A stretch of DNA of 47,215 bases from Phoronis australis (taxonomy: Eukaryota > Animalia > Phoronida). Both the position numbers and the translations under genes were made by a program. Each line of letters begins with the position of its first letter. The stretch's first letter is position 1. Below the pieces are notes generated by a model. It was not told where the DNA came from and made no database searches. It was given only the letters and a program-made list of their open reading frames with translations. Location: contig NMRA01000099.1 in NCBI GenBank assembly GCA_002633005.1, positions 492,684 through 539,898 of the forward strand. Reading direction: 5' to 3'. Shown in pieces: positions 25,683 to 38,209 of the stretch.

Positions 25683-26144
25683 ATGTCCAGATTTAACTAT
25701 AGTTGGGAGCATCGTGTCACAGAGATGGATGATTGGATTCATATGAAACTTTTAGATAGTAAAACACCTGAACACGCAGGTTTTCGGAATTACATTTATG
25801 TTGGATATGGATCAAATGTCGTGCGTCACAAGCTCATTTCCAATGAGAGACTGCCTTACATGTACGAGCAAACCACTGATAACGGTTACATGCACCGCTT
25901 CGTCATTCCCCATCTACACGTTTTTCGTCACAAGTTGTTTGGTTGTTTGCTGTTCGAGTTCGTGAAGCGTGAATACAGACGTGCTGACGAGCATTTGACA
26001 GAGTCGAGCAAGGTCAATTATAAACTTGTTAGCGAGAAGTCTTCTTCCCTCACCAACTTGTACAGCATTTTGACCATTTTCAAATGCCAATTGACACCAA
26101 TCTGCCAATGGGTTATGGAACTTGGGATTCGTTACAAGTTTTGA
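25683..26144 (+). CDS. Orphan intronless ORF, 153 aa, unknown product
   Basis: AAAACATG start context; coding-like codon bias in the 3' two-thirds; overlapping in-register antisense ORF; no family recognised. Confidence 0.3.
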   Translation: MSRFNYSWEHRVTEMDDWIHMKLLDSKTPEHAGFRNYIYVGYGSNVVRHKLISNERLPYMYEQTTDNGYMHRFVIPHLHVFRHKLFGCLLFEFVKREYRRADEHLTESSKVNYKLVSEKSSSLTNLYSILTIFKCQLTPICQWVMELGIRYKF

Positions 26145-26524
26145 ATCAGCAGTTTTTCTTTTTAAATGTTCTGATGCAATATTAAGGCGAAGAGCATTGA
26201 ATTTCTTGTTTCCCGTGAAATGACACGTAGTTTGTACCATAATTAGACATACAGGAACACCGTGTTCAGTGACGCAAACTTGTACTGCCTGAATCCCTGC
26301 ATATCAGTATTGCTGCGGGTGTCTCTTTCACCACCACCACCACCACCAGAGAGAAAGTGGGGCACCTTGAGCCATGGGGCACTATGTTCCTTTGCTTGCC
26401 AAATTAAAATAAACCAATACTTTGGCGCCAGATGTCACTTGCATGTGGTCCTGCTGGCAAGGTGTGAAACCATTTTGTATCATTTTCTGTTTCGCGCAGG
26501 TGTGGATTTTGTAGGGTGTTCAGG

Positions 26525-29490
26525 CCCGTAGCCAGCACTGAGCGGGGGGTGGTTCGAATTTCTAGTAGAACGGTGGACCTTTCATTTTACAAACGTCGAC
26601 ACTGAAGAGTTTTCGGTAAGGCCTTTGTCGCAGCTTAATTATGAGTGGGGATCTGTATACATGACTTTCAGCTCTATGTTCATGAGATGAGACAGATTTT
26701 GTAATACCAGAAATGAGGATGCTGTGACGGTTACTAGTAAAGAACGGGACACAAATTCGGATACATTTCGGTCGGTCCAGAAAGAGAACGTTCTCGCATT
26801 ACCCCGGCCCCTGCCAAAATTTCAAATCACCTTGAGTGATTACACACCTCCTTACACACTCGGACGGAAATATAAAGTTTAAACGGCGAATGACTTGACG
26901 AAATTGTTTATCCGGTTGTATTTTTGCGTACTTTATTTAAGTTGCTTACATCGCCGGAAATGGAAACAGCCCACTATTTCATAGGTTCACTACTCCGGAG
27001 ATTCACTGCTCCGGAGGTTCACTACTCCGAAGGTTCACTGCTCACTAAAAACGGTGGTCAGATTTCGTGTTCATGCATGTACATGCGAAATTGCCCGCAT
27101 GTCTTAAAATGAGTACACACTTGCATTTTTAGAACGATACGAAGTCGGAATAGTGATGAATTATCAACCACGACGCATTCATTAAATCCATGTCAAGATA
27201 GCATCTCAACGCAACTGAAGAGTTTAGGGCCGCTGAGCCACAACCTCACCCAAGGTACCTCGTGCACGTCCGGGTAGAAACTAAATGTGGTTAGTAGGCC
27301 ACTTTACCTGGTTGTATTTTTGCGAGTTACTTCGCTGAAGGCTCTCTACTTCGAAGGTTAGTTACTCCGAAAATATCTAAATTTTCGAACTCGAGTATCA
27401 TTCTTATGCTCTTGCATGCAAAAATAAACGATGCTTAGATAATTAGATGCGCTTAGTGGTGTACATTTACCTATACCGAAAACAGCCTCCGGGTACTGCT
27501 GATTTCATACAAATTGCCCGCATGTCTTACATTTTCGGAAAATGAGTACGTTCTTGCATTTTTAAAATCAGTATAGTTCGGTAGCAGGCCTTCGTTAACA
27601 CAAACTTTGTTGAAAACACGACAAAACCTTTTGCTGGAAAGCTTGGTACTGAGTCACTAGTACATGTAGTGTCGAAACGGTCTCTTGTCTTCAGGTGAGC
27701 AACTATGTAGCAAAACACAGAGAGACGTACCAAACAAACAAATTAAAGCACTTGTTATTTTCGAAACTGCATTTCTCGTCATCAGGCAATAAGTGGAATG
27801 GACATATACGAAGCTAAATAAACAGTGAAATATACGTACGTGACAGCAGGAAGAGGGGCATACAGGAGAGGTGAGAGTGTGAATGTATCACACGATAAGA
27901 AGCCCACAAGCCTATCGAAACAGGGCCAACGTGCGGTACACACCTGTGAGCTGCTCATTCAACACAGGTTTTGTCGTGACTGATCAATCGCGATTCCAAA
28001 ATCTTTAGCCAAAATGTGACATTATTCGTAACTGATCATTAGCGATTCCAAGTGGACTTTTAGAGTAGTGAACCTACGGAATAGTGACATGTGACGTCTG
28101 CGAGTCTGCGCACCATCGACACTGATTAACAAGAGAATTTTGTAATACTTTCTTCATTGATTCTCCCGTAACCAGCAATGCACGGGGGTGGTTCGGCGAA
28201 TTTCTAGTACGGTGGACCTTTGATATTTTGCAAACGCCCACGCTTTAGAGTTTTTGGTAAGGCCCTTGACGCAGCTAAACTATAGGGGGGAGGGAAATCT
28301 ATATACACAACGACGACTCTCAGCTCTAAGTTCCCAAGATCAGACTGAATTCGTAATACCAGAAATGAGGATTCCCTGACGGTTGCTCACAAAGAACGGG
28401 ACGGATGTAATGTAGTCTAGAAAGAGAATGTTCCCGCGTTACCCCCCTGCCAAACTTTCAAACCGGGTGTGCTTAAATGAGTGATTACACCTCATTACAT
28501 ACTCGGAAGGAAATATTTAATCGGAGCATGATCGATTGGAATACTTTGATCTGGTTGCTTACATCGCTGGAAATGAGAACAGCCCAGTATTCCAAAGGTT
28601 CACTGCTCTGAAGGGTCACTACTCCGAAGCCGCTACAGTCCGAAAAGATCTGAAAATTCGGACTTGGGTGTACCTTTTTACCTGCAAAAATAAACGACAC
28701 TTCGGTTATTAGATGCACTAGGTGGTGTACCTATGCTCAAACAACGCCCGGATTTCATACGCATGCGAAATTGCCCGCATGTCTTTCGAATACGGAAAAT
28801 GAGTACGTACTTGAATTTTTAAAAACATTATGAAGTAGGAATATTGATGAATTATCAACCACGATACATTCATCAAATCCATGTCAAAGTCGCATCATTT
28901 CACAGCGTGACTGAGCTAGTTTAGGGCCGTTGCCCCTCAAACTCACCCATCGGAATCACGCGCATGGCGAGGTCGAAACTAAATGTAGTTAGTCGGCTAC
29001 CCTTTCCCTGGCAGTCTTCACGAAGGCGGAAAGTCCCATTCAGTCTTCTTATATTTAAAACCGTCGCTATTGGTAGCTCAAGTCCTGACCCGATGTTGTC
29101 CCTGCTCGAGACTGAATAAGTCGTTAGTTAGATTGAAGATTCACGATTGGCAGTGACTAGAACTGAGCTCATTTGTAAACAATGTAATCAATGTTTTAAG
29201 AACCAATCAACTTTTGTACACCATTTAAATGGTTACTAAATGAGCACAAATACTATAGTTGCGCATGTCAGTTCCGACTTGTTAGCAGACAATCAGAGTA
29301 ATGAACTGTCGGAGTTATGGTTTCGGAATTGTGGGCATTCGAAGTAGTGGACTTTCGGAGAAGTGAACCTTCGGGATAATAACATGTAACCTTGGAAATC
29401 TTTTCAATCAAGTTTGTTGCTCGTATGACGCCTGAGAGACTGTGCGCCAGTGGCACTGGTTGACAAGAGAAGACTTAATTTCTTCATTGA
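26525..29490. repeat. Diverged tandem duplication (copy 1 26525-28164, copy 2 28165-29490), each containing a MITE with 15-bp CCGAAGGTTCACTACT subterminal repeats
   Basis: Collinear shared blocks include GTAATACCAGAAATGAGGAT, GATGAATTATCAACCACGA, AAATTGCCCGCATGTCTT and TTTCTTCATTGA; a partial third copy lies at ~27310-27570. Confidence 0.85.
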
Positions 29491-29580
29491 CCAAAGTTTT
29501 TATTAGACCTAGACCTACTTTTCCTTAATAATATGAACATGCTCGTCGGGGTTTTCTTAGTGCAAGAAAATACTGTAGTT

Positions 29581-29722
29581 CATGGGCGGTGTAGCACTTA
29601 AAAAATGAGTAGCTATAGCCTCCCTGTGGTGCACCGCCCATGGACCATGGGGGGGAGTGGGAGTGCAGCACTGAAAAAGTGGGGACTATAGCCCCCCAAC
29701 CCCCTATGATCCGCTGTCCATG
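29581..29722. mobile_element. 142-bp hAT5-like MITE, TSD TAGTT
   Basis: CATGGGCGG...CCGCTGTCCATG termini; exact 5-bp flanking duplication. Confidence 0.8.
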
Positions 29723-32700
29723 TAGTTAAATGCCTGATTTTTTAGCAACGACGGAGGACTGCCTATAGAGAACTTAACCATCATCAAGATATCCTGTTTT
29801 TAGTCCCATGCTTTTTGTTTGTAAAAGTTCCACATTGCCAAATATTTTAGCCCCCCATATTTTAGACTGGGTGCGCGCATGTATTAGTGTCATAAAACGA
29901 AACAAATGCGTTCATATTTGGAGGAGGCGTGGGTTTCTTTAGAGCAGCGTTTTCTTTTCGGAGTAGAGATTTTTGGTGTCGTGTTTTTGGAGTAATGGGC
30001 AGTAACCACACTTGACGCAGCAGCATTGAACTGCTGAGCGTATGAGCATTTCCATACCATATGCGTTCTTTAGTGTTCCAATACAACCCTCATGAAACTT
30101 GTGACGAAAATGTTTGGCCCACTATAGTACATGTATGTAACAGTGAGCATTTTGAAAATATATCTTGAAGAGGTTAACGAAGAAAATGAAAAATATTGAG
30201 ATAAAAAACTAGAAGGCTGCTAGGCAGTTTTTGACCTTTGATTTGACCTTAAAAATGACCCCGTATTAATTAAATAACACCAGAAATGGACTCCCCGTCA
30301 TTGAAAATGGTATAAACAATGTATTACATGACCCTGTTAGTCATCAAGTTGAAAAAACCAAAGTGGGTCGAAATTCAAAATGGCGAAATCCGCCATCTTG
30401 AATTGCAAAAAATGCTCGACTGAAGTTGCTCTAAGTGCAACCAATTTGTTCTCCTGGTCATATTTAATATATTTCAACAAAAAACTTTACAGTAATCAAC
30501 ATTTATCGATCGCATCTAAATCATCATCTGGTATTGCTAAAAAATCGAGTCACTTGAAAATAGAGCGAAGTTGAATGATCATGTCAGAGACTCGATCATA
30601 CGTGCTTAAAACCACCATTCACTTTGTTTTGTCACGTCATTACATTGCCAGCATCGTTAAACTTTCCTTTATAGCTCTGCATATCACAATCGTGAATTCA
30701 ACATCATCAAAACGCGAAAATAGAAGAAAAGACAGATTGATTTTTTAGCTCCAAGGACAATGAGTGTAACGTATGAACGTACCCAGGGCCATTGTGTCAT
30801 GTCCAGCAACACGCAAGTTTAGTGTGCAAACAAACATGTGCCATATCCCCAATCTTCCGATGTCACTCAGGAAAGTGAAAAGAGCCACATTGTGGCCAAA
30901 TACTAAGTTGTCACAAGCACCACAAACACAACGCCATAAACCACGGGAAAACGAGCTGCAATATCTGACAACTTTCCTTTCTAAACACAATGGAGGATGA
31001 CTAGCATAGTCGTGATTGCTTGTCCTAATGTTAGGTAATGTGTATTCACCAATAACTGCTCGTAACTCGTGATCAGCTAATTAACATATCCTCAGATAGT
31101 GTTTGCAGGTGTTCTAGTTAAGCAGCTGACCGCCTGGTGGGGTTGTTATTTGGCGTTTTTAATATGTAGTGGTTTTAAGGGCTTTAAAACCTATTGGTAT
31201 ATGATTCGTCATCAGATTTAGCCAAACTGCTAGTCAAGCGTAGGTAACTTGGATCTATCAAAATTTTGAATCTCGGTCATCAGCCTGAATGGAACTCTAA
31301 CTAGGGCAAGGTTTTTGAAAGGTTTTTGTTGAATGTTTTTATTTAATGGGACATTATTGACTCTTAACGACCATTTAGCGGAATTTTGAGAATAGTGCGA
31401 GATGGGATAAACTATAAAACAAAGTTCATGCTGTTGACTGTATCAGTTTAAAACCCTTAAATACTCTGCCACTTGTAAAGTGGGATTTAAAACTACTAGC
31501 AAAATGTTTGACTGTGACCCTAAAGGCCCTAGATTCGAATCCGCGTTGTATATGATCACGAAACATCACTTTTGACAACAATTAAAGAGACATTAGCCTA
31601 TACTCTGCCATTTATGAAATGGGATTTGGCTTTAACCACGGAGGTTGAAGGTTCAATTCTGCATTGAAGCTGGTCTTATTTCTCGTCGATTATGGCCCTT
31701 TAACATGTAGCCTAGCATAGTTCTTGTCAAAAAGCTTCTCCAAGGCTCAAAACGTCACCCTACGGCTCTGACCTGAAGAATGAGCTTGATCAACAAACTG
31801 TCAGTTCGTATTGATCCCATCTTGTGAATGTACTCTATAATCGAAAGTTTTCAATTCATCCGCTCTCCTAACGGGTTTACGAAACAAAAGTCGGGCGTGA
31901 TAACAACTGCCAGGCTTGTAACTGCGTATAAAACAGCCCAAATTGAAGACTTCGGAAAAAGTGTCCCGAAAGAGCGCCAGTTAAAGGATTCAACAACTTT
32001 TCTAAAGGAGCCCCAAGCAAAACACTGGCTCAAAACTTGAGAAAAAATTTCCTGTGCCATAAAAGCTCTAACCAACCTCATTTCTTATTGTTTCTAGGCG
32101 TCTGTGTTGCAATTCGTGATATTTGAATAAAACAGTTTAAGTGTTACCTTTCTTAACATTTCTAAGTATTAATGTTCAGTAAGGTAGGGAAGATTCAAAT
32201 TCATTTTCGAAGTTTTGGGTTGTGAACTTTGAATTTTATTCCATGGGTGTCAATTTGAGCTGTGCCGGGGGGATTTTGAATTTTCAGTGCTAATGTCGAT
32301 TGTAAAAAAACACCGGACAGTGGTCTAACAAGATCAGTAGAGTCAACTAGTTGTGAAGCTGGAGAAAGTTTTGTATATAAACAGCAATCAGAGTGTACGA
32401 TTCCGCATTCAATCTTTTGGGAAGTTTAAATAGATGAAGCCTTATATTAAGCATATGGTCGAAGAAATCGAAGTTTTGCGTGTTAGAAATTTTGAAGAAA
32501 GTTATATTAAAGTCACCAACAAAAATAAATTATTTAGTATTGTTAATAAGGTCGGAAATAAAATTGTTAATAAATGCATTGATAGGATCACGGACATAAA
32601 TTACAAGAGTCCCGTCAATAGAACAGCTATAACCATAGACCGTAATTGTCTTCGCAGGTCATCCGCGTTTACTTCTAATACAATAAAAATCGGGCGCTTC

Positions 32701-33387
32701 CTTTTAAGCTCTTCAAATTCATGTGGAACTGAGCAACGTTTACATCGCTGAATCGATTGAGTGTTGAATCTTAAAACGAAATCATTCCACAACATCATTA
32801 TAATACACACGGCGTACGCAGGGCAACCTCAGCCACACTGAGCTAAGTAAGACTGAAGTTGGCATTCCCATTGAAGAGACGGAGACGCACGTCACCGCTA
32901 TAAATGCTGCACAGTATGCAGGCCTGTCTATGCACTTTCGTCCCTGAACAATATGACGGACTAGCAGTCACAAACCACGTCACATCAACTCTCCTCAATT
33001 TACATTATTAGGCATTTCATTCCTTCACATTTACGGGCTATATTACAATAGCACTAGCGTCAACTTCATTGTTACTTTGCGAATGCGTTCATTGCCCTCG
33101 CATAAACGAGTGCAACGAACCCATTTTAAGTAGTAACAAGTTTTGCTATGAAATCCGCTGTTTGTTGGACTTCGGGGCGTGTTCAGTGCAGCGTAACTGT
33201 AGGTACTTTGTCACGTAGGTAGCGCTGTGACAGGGGTAAACGTTATCACTGATTTCCTGATTGACGGGTAGTTACACTCATATGAACTAGTGCAATGCAC
33301 ACATTCTCAAATGAACACGTTGACTTTCCATACCTCCATATTCTCGCGAGTGTCTTGCGTCTGCTGCTGACAAAATCCCGTGAACAC

Positions 33388-33529
33388 CATCGGCGGCGCA
33401 GCCGGCATTGGGGCCAGGAAGGGCTGTATAGCCACAGTTGGTCTTCCCAAGGACTTCATGGGTGACGAATCATATGAGGGGTGGGGGTATAGTAGCCCTC
33501 TCACTTATTTCAGTGTTGCGCCGCCCATG
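33388..33529. mobile_element. 142-bp hAT5-like MITE, TSD AACAC
   Basis: CATCGGCGGCGCA...TGCGCCGCCCATG termini; exact 5-bp TSD. Confidence 0.8.
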
Positions 33530-34128
33530 AACACCCGATGTCGAGCTCACAGACACGTTCTGTTTTAAATTGGCTTCATATATATTGAGTACTATATAAA
33601 GGCCATTCGACATATTACTTACTCCCCAAGCAATGGGAAAGAATAAGCGCTGATCAGATTACATAAGAGGACAGCGATCAAAGCAAGTTTGTGCATAAGG
33701 TACTGTCTAAGAATTGATCTAATTACAAGAACGATCACGAGCGCTCGCTTGCTGTATAGCCTAGGTTATTTAAGAAGCAGGCGAATGCCTTACTTAACAA
33801 GCATTGGGCATGTGGTCTGTTAGCACAACAGTTTTATTGCGTTTCATTGGTCGATTTCAGAATCTGTAATATGTCATCATGGTTTCATTCTCGACATAAT
33901 TTCATTCTTTCTTCGGGCATGATGGTCAAAATCAAGAAAAATGTACTTCACTTTTGCATGAAAATGAAAATCAGCCAATGAGTCTGAATAAAAATGATTA
34001 CCAAAGAAATCTTAAAGGTAAAAGTAGCCATTGAATGGCGTATCGTACAGAACTGTTGCCTCACGAATTAGAGGAGAGAATTAACGATTTGCGGTAAAAA
34101 CAAGTTAGGTTTTGTTGCAATTAGCACT

Positions 34129-34194
34129 AGTCAAAGCTTATTCTAGTCTGACTTCAGAAAGTCAAAGTTTATTCTAGTCTGACTTCAGAAAGTC
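34129..34194. repeat. 31-bp tandem duplication
   Basis: AGTCAAAG(C/T)TTATTCTAGTCTGACTTCAGAA x2. Confidence 0.9.
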
Positions 34195-34925
34195 TATCCC
34201 GTCCAGCAATAATCTCCAAAATGTGTTTTTCAGCCGTAAACTGACTGACCCATTTTAACAATTCCTGTACGGGGTAAGGCACTTGCGCCTATACGTGATT
34301 TAGGTTAGTTTGTGATTTAGTCTAATTCTCAAATATTATGTGACTGAAACTTGGCTTTTCGGGAAAATGGTAAACGTTGACGTAACATAAACTATTTTAA
34401 ACATGAAATGTTTTCAGATTGGCCAAAGCACATATGATATGCACATATGGAGCTTATATATCCATTGAACGGAAAATGAAAATCATCGGTAATAATGTGA
34501 TGCCTTAGTTTGAGCTTTGAAAAGCAATGCAGCATTAAAATAAGGTGAAAGAGTAAAGATGCGTGTTACGCATAGACATGAGCTAATGATCCCAGTCATG
34601 TGACCTACTAGTGTCTCTTAAATATTCAGTATGAGGTTTGTTGTCTACGTCAATACACAAAACAGATTAAATGCTCGTGTTGATTAGGAATTAATAAGCC
34701 CATTGGCTTTTCTCATAGGCTAGCCTCAATGAGATCGTGAAATTACTTATTATAGTGTAACTCAAAGGCTAAATTGGATGCAATACACAGGGCAGACTCA
34801 ATTCCTTTCGGGCTAGACACTGTTAGGCTAAATGACTTACAATAGTTCAGTTGCGAGTTTTAATGCGCATGTACCGAAGTGTGAATGACGTCACCGGAAG
34901 TGGGGCAAAAATCGGCTTGCATACA

Positions 34926-35067
34926 CATGGGCGGCGAGCCATAGGGGGCTGGGGGCTACAACTTCCCACTTATTTTAATACTGCATCCCCCATGGTCACA
35001 TAGGTGGCGCACCATAGGGGGATAGGGAGCCATGGCTTCCACTTATTTCAGTGCTGCGCCGCCTATG
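34926..35067. mobile_element. 142-bp hAT5-like MITE, TSD ATACA
   Basis: CATGGGCGGCG...CGCCGCCTATG termini; exact 5-bp TSD; reverse-complement relative of the copy at 29581. Confidence 0.8.
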
Positions 35068-35929
35068 ATACAGATACAGACAAGTAGATTGGAAAAAGTT
35101 CTGTATTTTTGGTTCACCTAGTTGGCCGGTTTCAGTCGCTAGGCCTCTCAGGCCTTATGCGAAGCGAGTGGAGAATTACCGTAGTCACAAATCGAGAACA
35201 TTCGATACTGTGGCCTTTAAACCACATGACTACAATCGCCTAGTAGGCATTATTCTTGTGTTCGTAAAATTACGCTTCTGAACAAATTTGCTTAAAAAAC
35301 TACACAATTTAAAAGTTGTGCCGGGTTGGCAATGAAGGCAGCAGTGTGTCACGTTCAAACGTTTTTTGTATAATGGGTTTTCATGCATGCATATGCATGT
35401 CAGTGATTATATCCGCCCCCTGGTAGTTTTCGCTGCCCTGTTCAGCCATTGCGGTAGCCCTATCGCACGGTGTCGCTCGAGAAGGACCCCCAGCTACGCC
35501 TTTGCGTCCACCTGGCTTGTTTTGTTTCTTGGTAAAGACATAATTTCAAGTCAGGAGAAACAAACCTAATTCGGCAACTTTAGCTGGCTTAAATGGACGA
35601 ATTAGGTCTTATAATCTCATAAAACCGTTCTCGTATTCTATTAGATAAACAAGGCGATATAAAACTTTAACTAATACTTCATGAATTACTTGAAAGTTGA
35701 TTTCATAAGGAAACTGGACTAGAATACGATGAGCTAGAGAAGAAGTTGGTCCCCAATGAAATTTCAATACCCCGTACTGTCTTCATGTGGTCGATTTTCT
35801 TTACAATAAAACAAGTTAAAAACAATAAATGAAATTACTTAAACCAGGACAACAGCTCTCAATCGTGAAATGTCAAGTTCTATAAGCAGGCGAAGACTGT
35901 ACTGTGCGCAATGTTCGTGAGTGAGATTT

Positions 35930-36061
35930 TTAAGTTGCCATTCCAACGGCCATGGTTCTTGCGATGACACCGTAAATGTTTGCCCATGCCTGTTTTACGT
36001 CACTAGTAAAGGCATCCCCGAGCGCTTGTTGTAACGTGAGTAGAATGGATTCTCCAACTTC
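35930..36061 (-). CDS. Globin coding exon 3 (EVGESILLTLQQALGDAFTSDVKQAWANIYGVIARTMAVGMAT*)
   Basis: ttacag| acceptor on the minus strand, phase 0; G and H helices; TAA stop. Confidence 0.93.
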   Translation of the reverse strand, partial: EVGESILLTLQQALGDAFTSDVKQAWANIYGVIARTMAVGMAT

Positions 36062-36597
36062 CTGTAAGCAGATGAAATGTATTTAGTATAAAACAATTTT
36101 GGTGCTTTCGTGAAATGGGAGAGGAATGAAGATATTGAGTGGGAATGCTAGGGGGCCAGTGCCCAGTTGCATGAAACAGTCCCAAATAGGGTTCTCTAAA
36201 TTGTCTGCGTATTTTTGGACTCGTGAAAACATCGATTGCCCTTTCTTGTATTGATTTAGTACCATTACTACGTCAACTTTTGACTTTGATACAAATCGAG
36301 AGTGAACTCTACATTGAATTGTCAATATTAGGGATCTTTTCATGCAACACCCCCAATTTAAGGACTGGCTCCCTATTTATTTTCAATGAAATCTGGGCTC
36401 AGTTATTAGTGATATCATTAGAAAACGTCATTAATCAAAGAGATCATAATAAAGATGAATTGATAGAAAAATATTTCATCTGTGAGTCCACAAAAACACA
36501 AATACGCAAAAAGACTCAGGGACCTTAGTTGAGTCCCCATTTCGGACTGTTTCATGACACCGGCCACAGGGAACTGGACCGAGATATGCCAGCATCA

Positions 36598-36752
36598 CCG
36601 AGAGGAGGCAGAGCAGAGGCAGGCAGGCAATTCGACAGAGGCAGTCCGACAAGCCGGCTGGCAGGTAGGTCGGAAGGCAGGCCGGTAGGTAGGCCGCAGA
36701 CAGGCTGACAGGCAGTCGAACAAACAGACAAACAAGCAGGCCGGTTGGTAGG
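36598..36752. repeat. Degenerate (GGCA/GACA/GGTA)n tetranucleotide microsatellite in globin intron 2
   Basis: Directly visible. Confidence 0.8.
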
Positions 36753-36853
36753 CTCATTCATCTGTGATCGTAATGAAACACTGCAGGAGGGCAATGAATT
36801 AATACAAAATGATTGATTTCGTCACGAATTTATACGTATACGACATTTCTTAC

Positions 36854-37091
36854 ATTGAAATAGTCAGGCCCAACACCATAATCCCTGTGTAGCTGACCCA
36901 GATCTTTCAAAATGTCCACCAATGTTTCCACCTGTCCCGATGATAGGAGCTGCACGGCCTTGTCAACGTGTTCAACAACCCCTCTCGCGTGATTCTGTAA
37001 CTTCACGCACGACCTGTACTCGTCTTCGCTGTCGCCAACCCCAATCATGAATTGGAAACCATTTCTCACGTAGGGGTAGTTCTTGTACAAG
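36854..37091 (-). CDS. Globin coding exon 2 (LYKNYP..NHARGV..LGQLHRDYGVGPDYFN)
   Basis: ctttag| and |gtaaga on the minus strand; 238 nt, phase 2 to 0; contains distal and proximal His. Confidence 0.95.
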
Positions 37092-37116
37092 CTAAAGAAA
37101 CAATTACCGCAATCAC

Positions 37117-37132
37117 ATTATTATAATCATCG

Positions 37133-37180
<48 letters not shown>

Positions 37181-37430
37181 CCATCATTATCATCAATTAT
37201 CGTCATCATCATGATCTTCATTACCAAGCCATCATCATCACGTACCCCTATCATCATCATCCTCGTCATCGTCGTCGTAATCATCACCAGTCATAATTAT
37301 CATGATCTTCATTACCACCACCATCATCATCACCACCACCATCATCATCACTACCACCATCATCATCATCGTCGTCGTCGTCGTCATCATCATCATCTTC
37401 ATCATCATCAATCGTCATTATCATCATCTT
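37117..37430. repeat. (CAT/CAC/CGT)n trinucleotide microsatellite in globin intron 1
   Basis: Directly visible; it produces the spurious poly-Asp and poly-His ORFs. Confidence 0.95.
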
Positions 37431-37612
37431 CAATGTCAACATTGTTAATCTAGTGTTTTTGTCAGAGGTTCATACACCCAAGTACGCGATAAAAATAAAG
37501 GCAGAGGAAATGACAAAAACTTACAAAATAATACAGTTTTACATAACAAAATAATTCGCCTTCCTTCAGGTTATTATAACAGCCGCTTACAATTAACCTT
37601 CCTTGGAGAAAC

Positions 37613-37969
37613 TGGTTCTGGTACCAGGGTCTAATATTTGTATTCAAAATCGAACTCGAAATTACTTTTGGCAATTTCCGGATATGTGTCTACTGTACTA
37701 GGGCACATTATGGTTACGTGGCTTGTTATCTCTTCCACGTTGGCACCGGCTGTTGCGAGTCTGTACTCGAAATTTCGAGTTTTTACTTGAAATCTAGTTT
37801 TTACTCGAGTTTGAAGCTTAATTGAAACTAGGGATCATCAAATGCAAATCCACAGCACATAAAAACAGACACATATCTTGAGTTCGAGCAAAAATAGAAT
37901 GTAAAATGTCAACAATAATTATATCAAATTCCATTTCGAATACAAAGATTAGACACCGGGCACCGATCA
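37613..37969. mobile_element. Old MITE with degenerate ~40-bp TIRs
   Basis: GTCTAATATTTGTATTCAAAAT pairs with ATTTCGAATACAAAGATTAGAC. Confidence 0.5.
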
Positions 37970-38209
37970 AATGTTTATTATTTATTAAAAATATGATTCT
38001 ACCACACCGAGTGATAAAGAGTATTTAGGATACTGACTTCAAATTTCATTTTACCACAACAGTTGATTCTTCATTACAAAGTTAAACAGGGATATAAACC
38101 ACCCTTACCCGACACACGGCAAACTTCTTCCACGAGTAAAAATCCTTACTACCAACGGAACCACAAAGAAGCTGGGTTGTATGTGTGCCCCAGTGAGTTT
38201 GGTTGGAGT

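Noticed and set aside
25790-25820. YVGYGSN as a gamma-glutamylcyclotransferase YGSN motif
   Set aside because: It is internal rather than N-terminal, and no other family motifs follow.
26975-27045. CRISPR-like array from short regular repeats
   Set aside because: These are contiguous 15-bp tandem units without unique spacers in eukaryotic DNA with no cas genes; they are MITE subterminal repeats.
36476-36794. Minus-strand 80-93 aa ORFs
   Set aside because: Translations of a tetranucleotide microsatellite in globin intron 2.
37066-37453. Poly-Asp and poly-His ORFs
   Set aside because: Translations of the (CAT)n microsatellite.
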